Positions 52,990 through 54,389 of a DNA stretch of 54,389 nucleotides are shown piece by piece (within the stretch, counting starts at the first letter, position 1; each line of letters starts with the position of its first letter). Under the pieces are notes generated by a model. The model did no database searches, was not told where the DNA came from, and was given only the letters and a program-made list of their open reading frames with translations. Location of the stretch: contig CAZSMG010000003.1 in assembly GCA_964608075.1 (NCBI GenBank), positions 1 to 54,389 of the forward strand, read 5' to 3'. The DNA comes from an uncultured Clostridium sp. GTDB lineage: Bacteria > Bacillota > Clostridia > TANB77 > CAG-508. Both the position numbers and the translations under genes were made by a program.

Positions 52990-53640
52990 ATGAAAAGTAA
53001 AATAATTGTTTTAAATAGAAAAAATAGGAAAAAGATATTTATATTAATAATTTTAATGTTAATAGTTTTTATAGTATATTTTTTAATAAATAAAAATAAG
53101 GATACTAATTACACAAAATATGAACATATAAAACAAACTAATAGCTATACCTCTAGGAATTCTGATGTTAAAGACATAAACTTAAAAGATAAAATAAATA
53201 AAGATGTTATTCAAATAGAAGAATATACTTCAATGCCAAGCGAGGTAAAAGGGTATAAAGTTATAGGAAGATTAATAATACCAAGTATAAGTTTAGATAC
53301 ATATATATTAGAAGAAACAAATAATCAAGCTTTAAATGTATCTGTTACAAAACTTATAGGACCTAATATTAATGAAGTGGGAAATTTTTGTATTACAGGT
53401 CATAATTATTTTAAAAAAAATATGTTTGGTAAATTACGAAAAGTAAATAAAAATGATAAAATATATTTATTAGATACTTTTGGAAAAGAACAAGAGTATA
53501 TAGTATATGATAAATTTGAAATACCATCTTCTGATACTTCGGTATTAACCCAAAATACAAGAGGAAAAAAAGAAGTTACATTAATTACATGTACAATAGG
53601 TGCAATAAAAAGATTAGTAGTCAAAGCTGTAGAAATATAA
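52990..53640 (+). CDS. sortase family transpeptidase
   Basis: ATG at 52990 follows AGGTGA. N-terminal TM anchor. Catalytic His in FCITGHNYF, Cys in VTLITCT, Arg in IKRLVV. Confidence 0.85.
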   Translation: MKSKIIVLNRKNRKKIFILIILMLIVFIVYFLINKNKDTNYTKYEHIKQTNSYTSRNSDVKDINLKDKINKDVIQIEEYTSMPSEVKGYKVIGRLIIPSISLDTYILEETNNQALNVSVTKLIGPNINEVGNFCITGHNYFKKNMFGKLRKVNKNDKIYLLDTFGKEQEYIVYDKFEIPSSDTSVLTQNTRGKKEVTLITCTIGAIKRLVVKAVEI

Positions 53641-53650
53641 AATTTCTTTA

Positions 53651-53679
53651 AAAGTCTTAATTATAGTTAGGACTTTTTT
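53651..53679 (+). terminator. rho-independent terminator
   Basis: AAAGTCTTAA / TTAGGACTTT stem (one G-U pair) followed by a T-run. Confidence 0.65.
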
Positions 53680-53736
53680 GTTGCAATAAAGCAAAGATAA
53701 TGATAAAATATTTAAAAATCAAATTAAGGAAAAAAA

Positions 53737-54389
53737 ATGAAAAATATAAAAGACTATAACATAGAAGAATTGAAGAATGAATTTGTAAATTTAGGAGAAA
53801 AGCCATTTAGAGCAGAACAAGTATTTAAATGGATATATGAGGCAAATATTACAAGTTTTGATGATATGACAAATATATCTTTAAACTTAAGAGAAAAACT
53901 AAAAGAGAATTATTCTATATGTAATTTTAAAATACTAAAAAAACAAGTAGCAGTAGATGGAACTAAAAAGTATTTATTTGATGTACTAGATGGAAATGCA
54001 ATTGAAACAGTATTAATGCAATACCATCATGGATATAGTATATGTGTGTCATCTCAAATAGGATGTAAAATGGGATGTAAATTTTGTGCATCAACAGGAA
54101 TAAATTTTGTAAGAAATTTAACATCAGGAGAGATAGTAGAGCAACTTCTTGCTGTTCAAAGAGATGAAAATATTAAAATATCTAATGTAGTGTTTATGGG
54201 AATAGGAGAGCCATTAGATAATTATTATAATGTTGTAAATGCAATTAGAATAATAAATAATCCAAAAGGAATAAATATAGGAGCAAGACATATAAGTATA
54301 TCAACAAGCGGACTAGTTCCAAAAATATATGATTTAGCAAATGAAAATATACAATGTACTTTATCAATTTCTCTTCATGCTACAACAAA
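53737..54389 (+). CDS. rlmN: 23S rRNA/tRNA (adenine-C2)-methyltransferase RlmN, N-terminal part (continues beyond the window)
   Basis: ATG at 53737 follows TAAGGA. Motifs: [16 protein letters not shown], radical-SAM CxxxCxxC in [17 protein letters not shown], and [12 protein letters not shown]. The frame is open to the window end. Confidence 0.9.
   Translation, partial: MKNIKDYNIEELKNEFVNLGEKPFRAEQVFKWIYEANITSFDDMTNISLNLREKLKENYSICNFKILKKQVAVDGTKKYLFDVLDGNAIETVLMQYHHGYSICVSSQIGCKMGCKFCASTGINFVRNLTSGEIVEQLLAVQRDENIKISNVVFMGIGEPLDNYYNVVNAIRIINNPKGINIGARHISISTSGLVPKIYDLANENIQCTLSISLHATT

Noticed and set aside
1-54389. Search for tRNA, rRNA, riboswitch/T-box leaders, transposases and restriction or defence genes.
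   Set aside because: No cloverleaf-like GC-rich segments, no long structured leaders with recognisable conserved cores, and no ORFs with nuclease, helicase, methylase or transposase motifs were seen. Absence is based on reading by eye only.

Overview
Very AT-rich chromosomal segment from a low-GC Gram-positive bacterium. The Clostridia-like assignment rests on the sortase, LCP, teichoic-acid and GH25 genes and on standard-code stops. All roughly 46 credible genes lie on the + strand; every minus-strand ORF in the track is a shadow of a + strand gene.

The window is essentially one cell-envelope glycopolymer super-locus:
- 3.9-9.9 kb: a poly(glycerol-phosphate) module with tagD, two TagB/F-type enzymes, a GtrB-like GT2 and a GT-C enzyme.
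- 10.4-25.4 kb: a non-canonical dlt-like module (adenylase, carrier protein, MBOAT, SGNH/DltD-like), a GT2-TagF fusion, an MBOAT + DHHW + acyltransferase-3 module, another TagF-like enzyme and a secreted CAP/FN3 protein.
- 27.5-34.7 kb: YfhO, a second GT-C, tagGH-like exporter and LCP ligase.
- 34.8-38.0 kb: two paralogous, highly repetitive helical-repeat proteins of unknown function.
- 38.1-48.2 kb: an ABC-transporter-dependent polysaccharide cluster. Its Wzt-like ATPase carries a C-terminal cap-binding-type domain, and two coiled-coil proteins look like chain terminators.
- 48.3-53.6 kb: two GH25 muramidases, GtrA, and a sortase with its substrate.
- Edges: a dinD-like fragment on the left and rlmN on the right.

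Three signals are absent from the ORF track. Two convergent small-peptide/antisense-sRNA modules with par/Fst-like type I toxin-antitoxin architecture sit at about 10.0-10.3 kb and 25.4-25.7 kb. They bracket the 15-kb dlt-like/acylation segment, and an orphan copy of the sRNA promoter lies at 27.36 kb. An (AC)11 dinucleotide repeat sits inside the 5' coding region of the DltD-like gene and is a candidate phase-variation switch. No tRNA, rRNA, CRISPR array, transposase or integrase was seen.
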